Notes under the pieces: generated by a model | Seen by the model: only the letters and a program-made list of their open reading frames with translations | Databases searched by the model: none | Told to the model about the DNA's origin: nothing | Position numbers and translations under genes: made by a program | Virus record (IMG/VR): IMGVR_UViG_3300031853_000025 | Span: 1-64,000 of that record | DNA from: a virus | Taxonomy: Duplodnaviria > Caudoviricetes | Length of the DNA stretch: 64,000 bases | Strand: one strand, 5' to 3' | Part shown: positions 28,101 through 38,373 of the stretch, piece after piece | Layout of the letters: every line of letters begins with the position of its first letter | Position numbering within the stretch: the first letter of the stretch is position 1

Positions 28101-30214
28101 CTACTTATCAATTAGTAACACAAACTGAAGATGGCTTAATGGCAGCTACTGATAAAACTAAATTAGATGGTATTGAAGCTGGAGCTAATAATTATGTATT
28201 GCCTAAGACTTTACCAGCTAATATGATTACAACTACAGATGATAAGCAATTTATTAGCAGTGTAGAAAAGACTTCTTATGCTGATAAATATACTAAATCT
28301 GAAGTCACTAACCTTATTAAAGAAGCTAGACCAGCTAATGCAACTACAGCAGCTGCTGGCTTAATGAGTGCTGATGATAAAGCTAAACTAGATGGCATTG
28401 AAGCTAATGCTAATAGATATACGCTTCCTAACGATATTCCAGCTAGTATGATTAAAACCTCAGATGATTTACAATTTGTTTCTCTGACGGAAAAGACTTC
28501 TTATACTGATAAGTATACTAAAGCTGAAACAGTAAATCTTATTAATCAGCATGTACCTGATGTAGTTACTACAAAAACAAATGGCTTAATGATTGCCGCA
28601 GATAAAGTTAAACTTGATGGTATTGAAGCTAATGCTAACCATTATGTATTACCTGAAACACTACCAGCTAGTATGATTACTGAAGATGAAACACATAAGT
28701 TTATTACAACGGATGAAAAGACTAAGATTGCTAATATCTATACTAAAGATGAAATTACAAAAATTGTCAGTGAAGCAACTCCATCAGCTTCTGACACTAA
28801 AGCTGGTTTAATGTCTGCTGCTGATAAAGCTAAGCTTGATGGTATTGCTGCTAATGCTAATAATTATACTCTGCCCGCAACATTACCCGCTAGTATGATT
28901 ACTACAACGGCTGATAAACAATTTATCAGTAATACAGAAAAGACTTCTTATGCTGATAAATATACTAAAGCTGAAGTAGATCAAAAACTTACTGATATCG
29001 CTTCAGGTAATATTAATCTTTCAAATTATACTCGCTATAAAGGCAATATTAGTGCAGCTCAGCTTACAGGTTCTGAAACATACTCTGGTAAAATTGAAAA
29101 AGATGACTTATTTTTCCAAGGTAATGGTTTAATTATTATTACTAAAGCTCCGGATGAATCATCAACAGTACCAGAGTATCAACGCTTGAGTACATTATCA
29201 TTAGTTGATTCTAGCTCAGCTGGTCTGATGTCTGCTGCTGATAAATCTAAGCTTGACGGTATTGCAGCAGGTGCTAATAATTATAAGCTTCCAGCTACTT
29301 TACCAGCTTCTATGATTACTGAAGATACTTCTAGACAATTTGTAACTCCAGCTGAACATACTAAACTTAAGAACTTAGCAAATGCAACTACAACTGTAGA
29401 TGGGTTAATGTCTTCTAAAGACAAGACTAAACTAGATGGTATTGAAGCTAATGCTAATCATTATGTATTACCTGAAACACTACCAGCTAGTATGATTACT
29501 GAAGACAATACTCATAAATTTGTAACTGCGGATGAAAAGACTAAACTTTCTCAAGTTTATACTAAAGCTGAAACGGATAATGCAATTAAGACAGCTAAAG
29601 TAGATAATGCTACAAGTACAACCGCAGGGCTTATGTCTGCTGCTGATAAAGCTAAGCTTGATGGTATTGCTGCTAACGCTAATAACTATGTATTACCTGA
29701 TACATTACCAGCATCTATGATTGAGCAAACTGATTCTTTGAAGTTTGTTTCATCAGATGAAAAGACTAAGATTGGTAATACATATACCAAAACTGAATCT
29801 GATGCTAGATATCTTACTAAGGTTGATTCTCAAACAGATAAACTTGAAATTGGTACAGGTTGGGAAATTAAACCAAATAGTGATGGCAACTTAGAAATTC
29901 TGTATAACGGTGTAGTTAAAACAACCATTAGTACAGATGGTAAAATGCTTGCTCCTAGCATCATTGAAGGTACTTCACTTACTGGTACTGGAGTAACTTC
30001 ACTAAATGATTTAATTAATACAAAAGAAGATAAAACTTCACATGATGCAGATATTAATATGCTTCAAACAAGCTTAGATACTAAAGCAGAAACTACTGAT
30101 CTGAATACTAAAGTATATACAAGAAGCTCTGTAACCAATAATATTTCTAGTTTCCCAGCTAATACTGGTATCTTCTTCATTGAAGAATCTGACACTATCA
30201 CTATCCCGAGCTAA
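25178..30214 (+). CDS. Long tail fibre protein (1678 aa) with 13 tandem copies of a repeat of about 74 aa
   Basis: SPxFTGxPxAPT fibre motifs in the N-terminal part, 13 x GLMSAADKAKLDGIEANANxYVLPxTLPASMITED repeat. Confidence 0.85.
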   Translation: MIKFNDILDKIGMKELSDDLVVKINNAGQAAITKLNEHINDSTVHVTSTEKDNWNSKAPNHSPNFTGEPTAPTTVQSTNNDQIATTRYVTEKINAWVPDVANEAKKLVSKNNFSIKGAINSSVQSFDGTGNVVLVVDNVPTKSLAGVIDPLNLDGTYNISITGTAGSANNASSLGGVLAKDFAKLESPTFTGKPKAPTAEAGDSSMQIANTNYVTNAINAIHFPEDVKTAEKLKNPVTFKISGKVISNEVVFDGSENVDLKVTTVNIQDQLDAYMPTKVNNHTVDSDVPVNAVFTDTVYTHPDTVQDLTGKSYTQVVVDRQGHVVYGANPDNLAVSIAGNAATATKLANTFKIKLTGDAVTTDATGVTDGQNDATLALDSINANAIATDKDHRLVTDDEKANYLDKYTKAEMDAKLEKFKLDSGFDIIGSSDTEEDIATDFPHPVDGNVVVVKSTGLLYRFNGVSWRCMAEYTLVTKTKNGLMSAVDKVKLDGIEEGANNYKLPDKLPASMITEDESRKFITFDEKTKLDNLYTKDQIDQQITSATPEASVDKAGLLSAADKIKLDSIETGANKYVLPKTLPASIMTEDEEHRFTTDTEKASYADKYTKVEVNTLISNATPLASHTVNGLMRSTDKVKLDGIEEGANNYTLPDELPASMITEDETHQFVTSTDKTVYADKFTKAETRDAIAKATPIVTTGTAGLMSAADKAKLDGIEANANKYVLPSTLPASMITEDVNHRFVTDQDKSDYADKYTKVEVEGLINAAKPEIVTKEAAGLMSASDKAKLDGIEANANKYVLPKTLPATMITEDKDHRFVTDLEKTTYLDKYTKNETIDLIDAAKPGVVTQEINGLMSSTDKTKLDGIAEGANNYVLPDTLPASMIVPDEQHQFVNLTEKASYADKYTKAETQNLITTSIQNANTDGMIWQKDVNSFSDIATTYPDPKKGWTVSVNDTGKIYRYNGTEWVSLSGSGSTYQLVTQTEDGLMAATDKTKLDGIEAGANNYVLPKTLPANMITTTDDKQFISSVEKTSYADKYTKSEVTNLIKEARPANATTAAAGLMSADDKAKLDGIEANANRYTLPNDIPASMIKTSDDLQFVSLTEKTSYTDKYTKAETVNLINQHVPDVVTTKTNGLMIAADKVKLDGIEANANHYVLPETLPASMITEDETHKFITTDEKTKIANIYTKDEITKIVSEATPSASDTKAGLMSAADKAKLDGIAANANNYTLPATLPASMITTTADKQFISNTEKTSYADKYTKAEVDQKLTDIASGNINLSNYTRYKGNISAAQLTGSETYSGKIEKDDLFFQGNGLIIITKAPDESSTVPEYQRLSTLSLVDSSSAGLMSAADKSKLDGIAAGANNYKLPATLPASMITEDTSRQFVTPAEHTKLKNLANATTTVDGLMSSKDKTKLDGIEANANHYVLPETLPASMITEDNTHKFVTADEKTKLSQVYTKAETDNAIKTAKVDNATSTTAGLMSAADKAKLDGIAANANNYVLPDTLPASMIEQTDSLKFVSSDEKTKIGNTYTKTESDARYLTKVDSQTDKLEIGTGWEIKPNSDGNLEILYNGVVKTTISTDGKMLAPSIIEGTSLTGTGVTSLNDLINTKEDKTSHDADINMLQTSLDTKAETTDLNTKVYTRSSVTNNISSFPANTGIFFIEESDTITIPS
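26600..29810 (+). repeat. Coding tandem repeat (about 222-225 nt unit, 13 copies with interruptions); boundaries approximate
   Basis: Recurring gataaagctaa(a/g)cttgatggtattg... units seen at DNA level. Confidence 0.85.
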
Positions 30215-30223
30215 TAAAACAAT

Positions 30224-30254
30224 TACCACTAGGGTTACTTAAACCCTAGTGGTA
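30224..30254. terminator. Terminator hairpin
   Basis: TACCACTAGGGTT/AACCCTAGTGGTA. Confidence 0.85.
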
Positions 30255-30308
30255 TATTTTTATTTATAAATGCACTTATTAATAAACTTATCTTTTGGAG
30301 GCGGTATT

Positions 30309-31052
30309 ATGAATCAATTAGATTTACTGGTTAAAAAGTATAATAAAATCTATAAAGGTGATGTAAAATTCGATAAGAAAGACAATTATTTTTGTTTAGT
30401 CCAATTAGTCATGGGTCTATTAGATGTAGGAAATGAAGATGAAGCAGTATTAATTATTAATAGTTATTGCATATCTTTTCCTGAGGGCAAAGGAAAATCT
30501 ATTCTTACTCTAACAGCTTTAATGTATAATCATTATAAGTTATTTAATCTACTAAATACTCTATATGAAGTAGACGTTAATAATAACTTTATCTATAATG
30601 CTATTAAATATAAAGCTGATAAGATTATAGATGGTATTATAGATGATTATAATTCATTTAATATCAATTTCTCAGCAGATAATTATTCTTGTATTCAAAG
30701 AGCTATTCTTGAATGTAATGAAATGGAATATATGCAAGTATTCACTTCTATTATGAAACTATTCTTAACAAGAGCTAAGTCATTAGATTTCTCTAAAGCT
30801 AGAATGATTTATAATTGTTTTATGAAAGATGCTATAGTAGAAAGAAAATGGTTCTTCCTTAGCTTTATTATTTCTTTCTATGGAGAAATCTGTATGAGAG
30901 AAAAAGATGGTAAGCAAATTATGAAAGAAGACTTTAATAACCGTTTACAATCCGATTTATTATTTACTTTAGACTCTCAAGAAGAAATAGATCAGGTAAT
31001 AAAAGATATTAAAGAAGTATATGTACTCAATCTATATTTAGACTTAGAATAA
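30309..31052 (+). CDS. Hypothetical protein (247 aa)
   Basis: ATG 30309 behind SD GGAGG. Confidence 0.65.
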   Translation: MNQLDLLVKKYNKIYKGDVKFDKKDNYFCLVQLVMGLLDVGNEDEAVLIINSYCISFPEGKGKSILTLTALMYNHYKLFNLLNTLYEVDVNNNFIYNAIKYKADKIIDGIIDDYNSFNINFSADNYSCIQRAILECNEMEYMQVFTSIMKLFLTRAKSLDFSKARMIYNCFMKDAIVERKWFFLSFIISFYGEICMREKDGKQIMKEDFNNRLQSDLLFTLDSQEEIDQVIKDIKEVYVLNLYLDLE

Positions 31053-31058
31053 CATTTA

Positions 31059-31088
31059 TCCCTCTAGGAGATAATTCTCCTAGAGGGA
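31059..31088. terminator. Bidirectional terminator
   Basis: TCCCTCTAGGAGA/TCTCCTAGAGGGA between convergent genes. Confidence 0.85.
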
Positions 31089-31096
31089 ATATTTTA

Positions 31097-31927
31097 TTAA
31101 TAATAAATCTGGTATGTAATATCCAGCCCTTTGGAAAGTTCAATGAGCTGTTCGTTAGGCATATTTAATTTAGTAAGTGGACGAATATCCTGATAGTAAC
31201 CAATGCCATCAATATTTTTAAGCCATGCAGTGCAAAGACTAATTGTATTTACACGAGCTTCGTTGATACCTACAGTATTGATGAACCATTCACGACATTC
31301 TTCTTCAGTTACTTTAATCTTTACTTCAACTAATGTTTCAACTTCAAGTTCATTATTATAGCTGTAAATATTGCTATCAATGATAGTACCATCTTCAAGA
31401 CGTTGAATTAGTTTAGGTTCAGATTCAAATGTCTTGAAATAATACGCGGCACGTTCACCAATAACTTTACGACCATGATAAATTTGTTTTTGTGCAGTCG
31501 TAATATCTTCAGTAATCAATGGGAATCTAAATGGAACCAATGCGTCAGTTGTAATCCATTTAGCATAGTTGACTTCTTTAACCTGTGAGTTTTCACGACC
31601 GCAACCATCTGTACCAACACAGAAAAGATAACAACGTTCTTTAGAAGATGGTTGTTCTAATACAGTGTGTTCCAAATTCAATACGGTATTATAAGATGGA
31701 GTAATTTCGTTTCTAGGTAGATCGAAATGTGCTCTTGCAGTAAATGCTGCGCCTGGAAGAATAATTTTATTCTTACCACGGAATAGAACTTTATCGGTAC
31801 CATTAATCTTTACAATGATATCTGTATCCTTATGAGTAGCGGTTTCACGCTGAATGCTTCGTTCAATACGCCCGCTTGTCGTATCTTTAATATTAGAATA
31901 ATCTAATAATAGCAGAGATTTTGACAT
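31097..31927 (-). CDS. Probable baseplate/tail structural protein (276 aa)
   Basis: ATG 31927 behind SD GGAGGG, late promoter upstream, adjacent to the large baseplate-like gene. Confidence 0.55.
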   Translation of the reverse strand: MSKSLLLLDYSNIKDTTSGRIERSIQRETATHKDTDIIVKINGTDKVLFRGKNKIILPGAAFTARAHFDLPRNEITPSYNTVLNLEHTVLEQPSSKERCYLFCVGTDGCGRENSQVKEVNYAKWITTDALVPFRFPLITEDITTAQKQIYHGRKVIGERAAYYFKTFESEPKLIQRLEDGTIIDSNIYSYNNELEVETLVEVKIKVTEEECREWFINTVGINEARVNTISLCTAWLKNIDGIGYYQDIRPLTKLNMPNEQLIELSKGLDITYQIYY

Positions 31928-31962
31928 ATTTTCATTGCCCTCCATTTTAAGTTAAAATTAAT

Positions 31963-31974
31963 TATCTATATGTT
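31963..31974 (-). promoter_or_regulatory. Late-type promoter AACA-N6-TA, inside the 3' end of the upstream gene
   Basis: AACA tataga TA. Confidence 0.6.
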
Positions 31975-34900
31975 TTTATACGGCACAATATAGAGCTTTT
32001 CAGTCGGTTGAACAATTTCTTTTGGATGAGAAACTGCATACAGTCTATCTATACCATCAATATAACTTACTGCCATAATATCAGATAGTGTCATATGAGA
32101 AATATAGACTAGCTTATCAGTAATCTCCATACCAATTTTATCTTTAAATACAAATCTACAAATGATATTCCATACTTCACGGATATCATCGCCTTCATCA
32201 ATAAGACCAAGTTTCTTAAACCAGTATCTAAATAAGTAGATTTTATCTACTAAGTTGACTACTTCTTTAGGTTTAAATCTTGACCATTCTACGCCAAAGC
32301 CATCAATATATTGTACAAAATCAATATAGCTAATTCTAGCATAGTATTTAATACAGTCTATGGCCCTGAGAGTTTGTTCATATTTATTATCGAATTTATA
32401 TAATGTATTAATTGAAGAAATAGTAATCTTATATGACTTGAAGAAGTCAATGACTTTCTTTACATAGTTACGAATAAAGTCAATGCCTACACCCGGGAAT
32501 TTACTCCATAAGTAGTCATATTCTTTAGAATCTAAGTATGTATCAATAGAACTACAAACAGCAAGAATACGTTCTGAAATATACTTTCTCTTTTCAGCTT
32601 TATCTTTAATATTAGAGATATATACGATATTATTATATAATACATCGTCTCTATATTTTAAGAAATTACTATATGTAGCATCCGAAGGAATCTTTTCACC
32701 CGTAGCAATCTTAAAGAATTTAGTGTTATAGTCTATCTGCATTAATGATTCATAAGCAATTTTAAATGCATCATATTCTCGCTTATTATCAGCATCAACC
32801 ATACCACGTAATAACACACGACGTACATTAATATTTTGCTCAAAGATATTCAAGTATTCTTTGATTGAATTTAATTGAGATTTATAAAATCTAAATTTAT
32901 CTACGCCAATATCTTCTGGTTTAAAACCTAGTTTGATAATCTTCTTATTAATAAGATCAATATCAGCTCTAAAGTTAAAACCTTTCATATACATGATCCC
33001 TTCAGGATCTTGCATAATGTCATCTTCTAATTCATAATAATCAAATGTAATGCTAAATAAATAGCATAAGATGTCTGATAGTCTAAACATCTTATACGTT
33101 TGAATATCAGGTACCTGAAGACGTAATCTATCTTCAAGTTTAACATCATCAAATAGCATTCCAAAGAAATATGGTAGCTCAAAAGTTAATTTACTAAAGC
33201 TCATAACGGTATCGATGGAAATATATTTAGTATTTACATAAGAAAATTCTTTATGTAGAATAGCTTCTTTAATATCATCATGTAAGTCTTGCTCTGTATC
33301 CCATAATTTATCTGGTCTAACGAAAGAATCATATGGTTCATATTCGCCTTTATCTTTTAGATACATATCTGGCTTATGGCCAATCGGGACTTTAACAAAT
33401 TTCAAAGTAAAGTCTTTATCAATATTTTCTTCATAGACTTTCTTAAATCTATTATTGATATAATTATAGATAAGACGGATCTTTGTACCATGTTTTGAGA
33501 TTTCCGAATATGGTTTGATGAAATAAATAAATCCATCAATTAATTCATATTCTTCCGGAGGTACTACTGTACCATCTTCTAAAGCTACAATAAATGAATT
33601 ATTCTTTGAAGTCAAATAGTCTTCAGTCGGTAAAGTAACCTTGGCATAACGTTCATCTTCAATATCTACAATAGATTCATTATTGATGATATACTTATTA
33701 TACTTTTCAAAGATATTATTATAGATAAATAATAGAGTAATCTCTCTATCGTCTTTAATTTCTACATCATCATTGAAAGTAATATAATTATCTGCTATAG
33801 TATATCTGTCTTTAGTCATAATCAATGAACCCACTAGTACAATAAATGAATTCCCTGATTGCATATATCTAAAGAAAGGATATGTGAAGCTATACTTGTT
33901 TTTAGTTAGTGTTTTCTGACAATAGACTTGGTCTACAGAAATATTATAAATATTATTTTCAATTGAATAGAAGTAGCAAACAACTACATCAGATAGATTG
34001 AATTTATCTTCTGGTTTAATATAAACCATCTTATGCTGATTAATTTGATAGCTTCCTGGATCTAGTAATTTACCATTATGCATAATTCTTACAGCATTGC
34101 CTGTGTTTAAGAATTCTGGGAATGGTTCTGGTAATGTAATTTCAGTCTGCCCGTTAGCATTAATTACTACATAATTTACATCAATAAATGTATTATTCGG
34201 ATCTTTAGGGTAGTAAAAATGTAAGACAATCTTATGACCTGAATTATATGCTAACGATCTATCTACTAACGTAAGTTTTTCTTTAAGAATAGTATATTGA
34301 TCTGGACGAATTACTTTACCGTCATAAAGAACCTCAATAAGATTATGCTTTTCTGAATAATTTGCAAATGGGTATTGAATCTGATATTGATATAGACCAG
34401 TCTCTACATTAATGGTCTGATATGATTCTTGAAATTCAATTACTTTAGATTTATTATATAAGAAATTGAATTCAATATCTTTATCTTTTGTAAACTGATC
34501 AGATGAATCAATAAATGAAAGCATCTTATTGTTTTCAACGAAATATCTACGGCTATCTAAGAAAGTACCATTTCTTGTAACGAAGAAACTTCTATTAGCC
34601 GCTACATAATTTTCAAATGGTTCTGGTATTTCTACTGAACCAGTATATTCTTTATCAGTAATCTTAGTTATATTTTTAGCATAAATAAATTGGTTATTTG
34701 GATTATCATTATAAATAAAAATTATCGTTACTATTCTACCAGCGGATAAAATGTCTTTTGTATTATCTTTATCGAAAGTAATTGTCTTTTTCGTTGAGTC
34801 AATTGAATATAATTGATTATTTAGAAATACAGAACCAACGGATACAATAACCTGATTATGATCTGTAAAATATTCAGTTGCTCCATCAGGAATATCTAAT

Positions 34901-36342
34901 GAATATTCATATTTACTATTTTCAAATGGGAATTGTTGTACTTTCTGCTTGATTATATATTCATCAAATTTCTTAGATGAAACATCTTCATTCTTTTCAT
35001 TATAGATGAATCTAATTTCTAGATTTGTATTAGCTTTAAGAATAGATTTATCTTTAAAAGAAAGATTTCCATTCGTTACCGTATATTGTTTTGGATCAAT
35101 AATTACTCCATCAGCAATTACATGATACATATTACCTAGATCTTCATACTTAGCTAATGGGTAGTCTAATTTAAAGCTATTGGAAGAAATATTTGAATTC
35201 GTTAATTGAATATTTTGAGATTTAATGCTAACTGGGTTATCTGTATTATCATAAAATCTAGTATCATAATTAAATACATACTCATTGGTGATTGGATCAA
35301 TATTTCTATCTTTAAGCATATAATACTTAAAGATATTAACGGAGTCAAATCCAAATAATGAGCAAATCTCTACCATGCATTTTGCAGTAGATTTATATTT
35401 TAAAAGTGTATTCAGGCTACGGAGCATATTACACTGGTATTTGAATGGGATTTCATCATAATATGGAACCCCATTGGCTTCAAAAATATAACGTACACAA
35501 CGTTCATCAAATGCTTCTCTTTTAATAATATGATCTTGTACTTCAGAGATAAGATCAATCATGGTTTGGATAAGAATAAAAATAATTAAGAATTGATTAT
35601 AGTAGTCTGACTGAAATTCATATGCATCACTCTTTATAGTCTGAATAGTGAATACTCTATTTACTCCATAGCGATCTTTAAACTTTTCCATAATAGTCTG
35701 GAAATCAATACTTGGAATATAAAGTAATTCGTATTCAGCGGCTTTACGTGCAGCATATAAAGATACATCTGTACCAATATAATTAATATAATCATATTCT
35801 GGAGCTGTATAACGTTCAATCATCTTAGCATAAATCCCATAGTCATTTAGACTATTTAATTCATACTGAGTCATCTTATCTATAGAATGAGTATAGTCTA
35901 CACCAATATTATCAATACGAATATCTTCATCAATATATAACGGTGCAGCATCTTTAGGTGGTTTACCTAATATCTTTCTATAATAGTCATTTTCTTCATC
36001 ATAATTAGCTAAGAAATGTTTTCTAGCCACATCTAATGCATCTTTACGAAGATTCTCTGGAATAGCAGATGGGCTATACTTGCATCGTTCTTTTAAATTA
36101 TCCGGTACACCGATTTGTCTAAGCATAATATCGGTATACTTAAACATATCGTATGTGGCTCTATTTTCTATACATTTGCAATACAAATCACCTAAATAGA
36201 GTGATCTTCTTGATTCATTTTTATCGGCTTCTTCTTGATTTTTTACTACAGCTCCTAAGGCTAATAATTTTGTATAGTATACAATATTATCTACGTAAGG
36301 TGAATCTGAGTAATTTTTCTGAATCAGATTTTTGATAATCAC
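31966..36342 (-). CDS. Large baseplate-like structural protein (1458 aa) with 7 internal beta-rich repeats
   Basis: Seven Y.F...GN.F.V..(N/D)G......Y.I....L.F......I.F.F.Y units in the central region; SD AAGGAGG. Confidence 0.65.
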   Translation of the reverse strand: MIIKNLIQKNYSDSPYVDNIVYYTKLLALGAVVKNQEEADKNESRRSLYLGDLYCKCIENRATYDMFKYTDIMLRQIGVPDNLKERCKYSPSAIPENLRKDALDVARKHFLANYDEENDYYRKILGKPPKDAAPLYIDEDIRIDNIGVDYTHSIDKMTQYELNSLNDYGIYAKMIERYTAPEYDYINYIGTDVSLYAARKAAEYELLYIPSIDFQTIMEKFKDRYGVNRVFTIQTIKSDAYEFQSDYYNQFLIIFILIQTMIDLISEVQDHIIKREAFDERCVRYIFEANGVPYYDEIPFKYQCNMLRSLNTLLKYKSTAKCMVEICSLFGFDSVNIFKYYMLKDRNIDPITNEYVFNYDTRFYDNTDNPVSIKSQNIQLTNSNISSNSFKLDYPLAKYEDLGNMYHVIADGVIIDPKQYTVTNGNLSFKDKSILKANTNLEIRFIYNEKNEDVSSKKFDEYIIKQKVQQFPFENSKYEYSLDIPDGATEYFTDHNQVIVSVGSVFLNNQLYSIDSTKKTITFDKDNTKDILSAGRIVTIIFIYNDNPNNQFIYAKNITKITDKEYTGSVEIPEPFENYVAANRSFFVTRNGTFLDSRRYFVENNKMLSFIDSSDQFTKDKDIEFNFLYNKSKVIEFQESYQTINVETGLYQYQIQYPFANYSEKHNLIEVLYDGKVIRPDQYTILKEKLTLVDRSLAYNSGHKIVLHFYYPKDPNNTFIDVNYVVINANGQTEITLPEPFPEFLNTGNAVRIMHNGKLLDPGSYQINQHKMVYIKPEDKFNLSDVVVCYFYSIENNIYNISVDQVYCQKTLTKNKYSFTYPFFRYMQSGNSFIVLVGSLIMTKDRYTIADNYITFNDDVEIKDDREITLLFIYNNIFEKYNKYIINNESIVDIEDERYAKVTLPTEDYLTSKNNSFIVALEDGTVVPPEEYELIDGFIYFIKPYSEISKHGTKIRLIYNYINNRFKKVYEENIDKDFTLKFVKVPIGHKPDMYLKDKGEYEPYDSFVRPDKLWDTEQDLHDDIKEAILHKEFSYVNTKYISIDTVMSFSKLTFELPYFFGMLFDDVKLEDRLRLQVPDIQTYKMFRLSDILCYLFSITFDYYELEDDIMQDPEGIMYMKGFNFRADIDLINKKIIKLGFKPEDIGVDKFRFYKSQLNSIKEYLNIFEQNINVRRVLLRGMVDADNKREYDAFKIAYESLMQIDYNTKFFKIATGEKIPSDATYSNFLKYRDDVLYNNIVYISNIKDKAEKRKYISERILAVCSSIDTYLDSKEYDYLWSKFPGVGIDFIRNYVKKVIDFFKSYKITISSINTLYKFDNKYEQTLRAIDCIKYYARISYIDFVQYIDGFGVEWSRFKPKEVVNLVDKIYLFRYWFKKLGLIDEGDDIREVWNIICRFVFKDKIGMEITDKLVYISHMTLSDIMAVSYIDGIDRLYAVSHPKEIVQPTEKLYIVPYKNI

Positions 36343-36367
36343 CGAGATGTCCTCCTTTCGGGCTAAT

Positions 36368-36416
36368 TATATCTATGTAAAAATTGTCCCAATTTATATA
36401 TCAAAACATTTATTTA
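36368..36416. promoter_or_regulatory. Divergent late promoters
   Basis: Minus strand TACA tagata TA (36368-36379, variant); plus strand AACA tttatt TA (36405-36416). Confidence 0.6.
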
Positions 36417-36440
36417 ATCAATGCTAGGAGGTAATACGAT

Positions 36441-37106
36441 ATGGAAGATAATTCTATTCCAGGAATTACGTCTATACAAGACAATATAAATCCTACAGTA
36501 CAATCCCCATTTGTTCCATTTAATATTTCACTATATCACACTAAATATAGCTTTCTGGATACAGATGAATACGTTAATTTTATCAAAAATAGCGTTTCTA
36601 GATTTAGACGTTCTCGTTTCTATAAAAACTATAAAAGTTATCTAATGTCTCTTGGTATGTATCGTAGTCAATTAAGCGCAAATATTTCTTCTGATATGGC
36701 TACAATTGAAATGCACCATAATATTCTAACGATATTTGATATTGCAGTTATTCTTACTGAGCATGAATTAAATAAAGTCGGAATGATCTCTTCGTTTGAC
36801 TTAGTAAATCTTATGAAGAAAGTCCATAGAGAAAACAAAGTCCAAGTTGTTATGCTGACTCTAACGGAACACCAAGAATTCCATAACAATACAGGATTAT
36901 TTATTCACCCAGATATGTGCTTCGGTAATTGGGTTGAATTTGTAAAAGAATATAGCGATGGCATCACTATTGAAATCGCAAATAAAATTATCAAGTACAT
37001 TAATAGAGCCGAAGAGCTTGGATGTACTTCGGATAATAATTTATTGAAATTGCGGGATGAACTCGTAGATTGGAGTAAAAATAATGAATATGCAAGTATG
37101 CGATAA
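36441..37106 (+). CDS. His-rich HNH-like protein, paralog of 46796-47527
   Basis: IEMHHNILTIFDI...VH.ENKV..V.LT.TEH..FHN..LFI....FGNW. Confidence 0.6.
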   Translation: MEDNSIPGITSIQDNINPTVQSPFVPFNISLYHTKYSFLDTDEYVNFIKNSVSRFRRSRFYKNYKSYLMSLGMYRSQLSANISSDMATIEMHHNILTIFDIAVILTEHELNKVGMISSFDLVNLMKKVHRENKVQVVMLTLTEHQEFHNNTGLFIHPDMCFGNWVEFVKEYSDGITIEIANKIIKYINRAEELGCTSDNNLLKLRDELVDWSKNNEYASMR

Positions 37107-37563
37107 TTTATCAGCCGCTGATAATATTTGGGAATTCCTGCAATTCGCGGGTCTAATTGATGGTCTATTTTCATTTGTTAGCATTTTAATTTTATGCGGG
37201 TTTATCTTTCTATTAGTAAATCGTATTGTAATTACTATTATTAACTTTTATCGTTATAAGTTCATCATTTCTATTGATGTAAATTATGATGAACTAACAT
37301 CTGTGTTAGATACAATCATTACTAGCAGCATAACTGATTACGTTATGCTTAATGGTTTATATGAGCAATTTATCGGAGAACAGCAAGAAGCAAGTCTACG
37401 TCAATATGTTTCAAGTGCATTAGAAGAACAATTATCAGATGCATTTCTTCAAAAGCTGGAGATCATCTATAATAAAGATGCTATCCCAGATTTATTGGCT
37501 AGACGAATTTTGACTACAATTTCTATTTATGTAGCAAAAAATAATGCAGCCACCAAAAAATAA
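37084..37563 (+). CDS. Membrane protein, hypothetical
   Basis: Long hydrophobic N-terminal stretch. Confidence 0.6.
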   Translation: MNMQVCDNLSAADNIWEFLQFAGLIDGLFSFVSILILCGFIFLLVNRIVITIINFYRYKFIISIDVNYDELTSVLDTIITSSITDYVMLNGLYEQFIGEQQEASLRQYVSSALEEQLSDAFLQKLEIIYNKDAIPDLLARRILTTISIYVAKNNAATKK

Positions 37564-37572
37564 ACAAAAAAT

Positions 37573-37600
37573 ATCCCTAACCAGAATTCTGGTTAGGGAT
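37573..37600. terminator. Perfect 28-bp palindromic bidirectional terminator
   Basis: ATCCCTAACCAGAATTCTGGTTAGGGAT. Confidence 0.85.
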
Positions 37601-38373
37601 TATGTAGTCTTAAAACTTAATTGCACTAATAATGAAAACAACTGTTGAATTATATTCTTATTATAAGAAATATCTAAACTCAATTTGTCATTTTCTGTGG
37701 CATCAAAAATCTCATATTTAGAGTTGCCATAGACGATGACAAATGAGGAACTTAGATTAAAAGCCCTATAATATTCAACCGGCAGCTTATAACTATTATA
37801 ATCGTTATACAGTTGTCTTACGAATTGTAATGCGGGCAATGGTCCACTAGTATTCAATGTGTTTAATGCTTGGGTGATAGCATTTATCATGAAATCGAAA
37901 TGCTTTTGTACTCGATACCGATCGATTCCATTTATTTTTATTTTTGTTCCAAGCATATCTACCATTGAATATATTCTAATGGAATTTATATTAATAAAGT
38001 TACTAAATTGGTCTTCTAATGTATACTCTAAATAACCTATTCTAGTAACTTTAGCTAATCTATTTTTTACTATTATGTTAGAAGCATCTATCTCCAATAC
38101 ATCTGGTAACTGTATATTATTTACAGCTAAAAACTTTGAATTAGCGTCTTTTATAATATTATAAACTAACGCTTGAATATTTGGATCCTTTAATACATTT
38201 TCACTATAGTTTCTTTTTATCTCTTCGGTGTTGTTTTTCAAAAAATAATAGACCTTGCGATCTATTATTTTTTCATTAAATAGAATCTCTAATACGGCAT
38301 CATGAATCTTATAGATTCTAATGTCGTAGTCTACTAATAAAGACAGATTGGTTAAATATGGTTGAGTTACCAT
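37600..38373 (-). CDS. Hypothetical protein, last gene of the early operon
   Basis: 257 aa ORF coupled to the upstream gene. Confidence 0.65.
   Translation of the reverse strand: MVTQPYLTNLSLLVDYDIRIYKIHDAVLEILFNEKIIDRKVYYFLKNNTEEIKRNYSENVLKDPNIQALVYNIIKDANSKFLAVNNIQLPDVLEIDASNIIVKNRLAKVTRIGYLEYTLEDQFSNFININSIRIYSMVDMLGTKIKINGIDRYRVQKHFDFMINAITQALNTLNTSGPLPALQFVRQLYNDYNSYKLPVEYYRAFNLSSSFVIVYGNSKYEIFDATENDKLSLDISYNKNIIQQLFSLLVQLSFKTT

Noticed and set aside
13550-30214. Diversity-generating retroelement acting on fibre genes
   Set aside because: No reverse transcriptase and no TR/VR pair differing only at adenines was seen in this window; the repeats differ at all bases.
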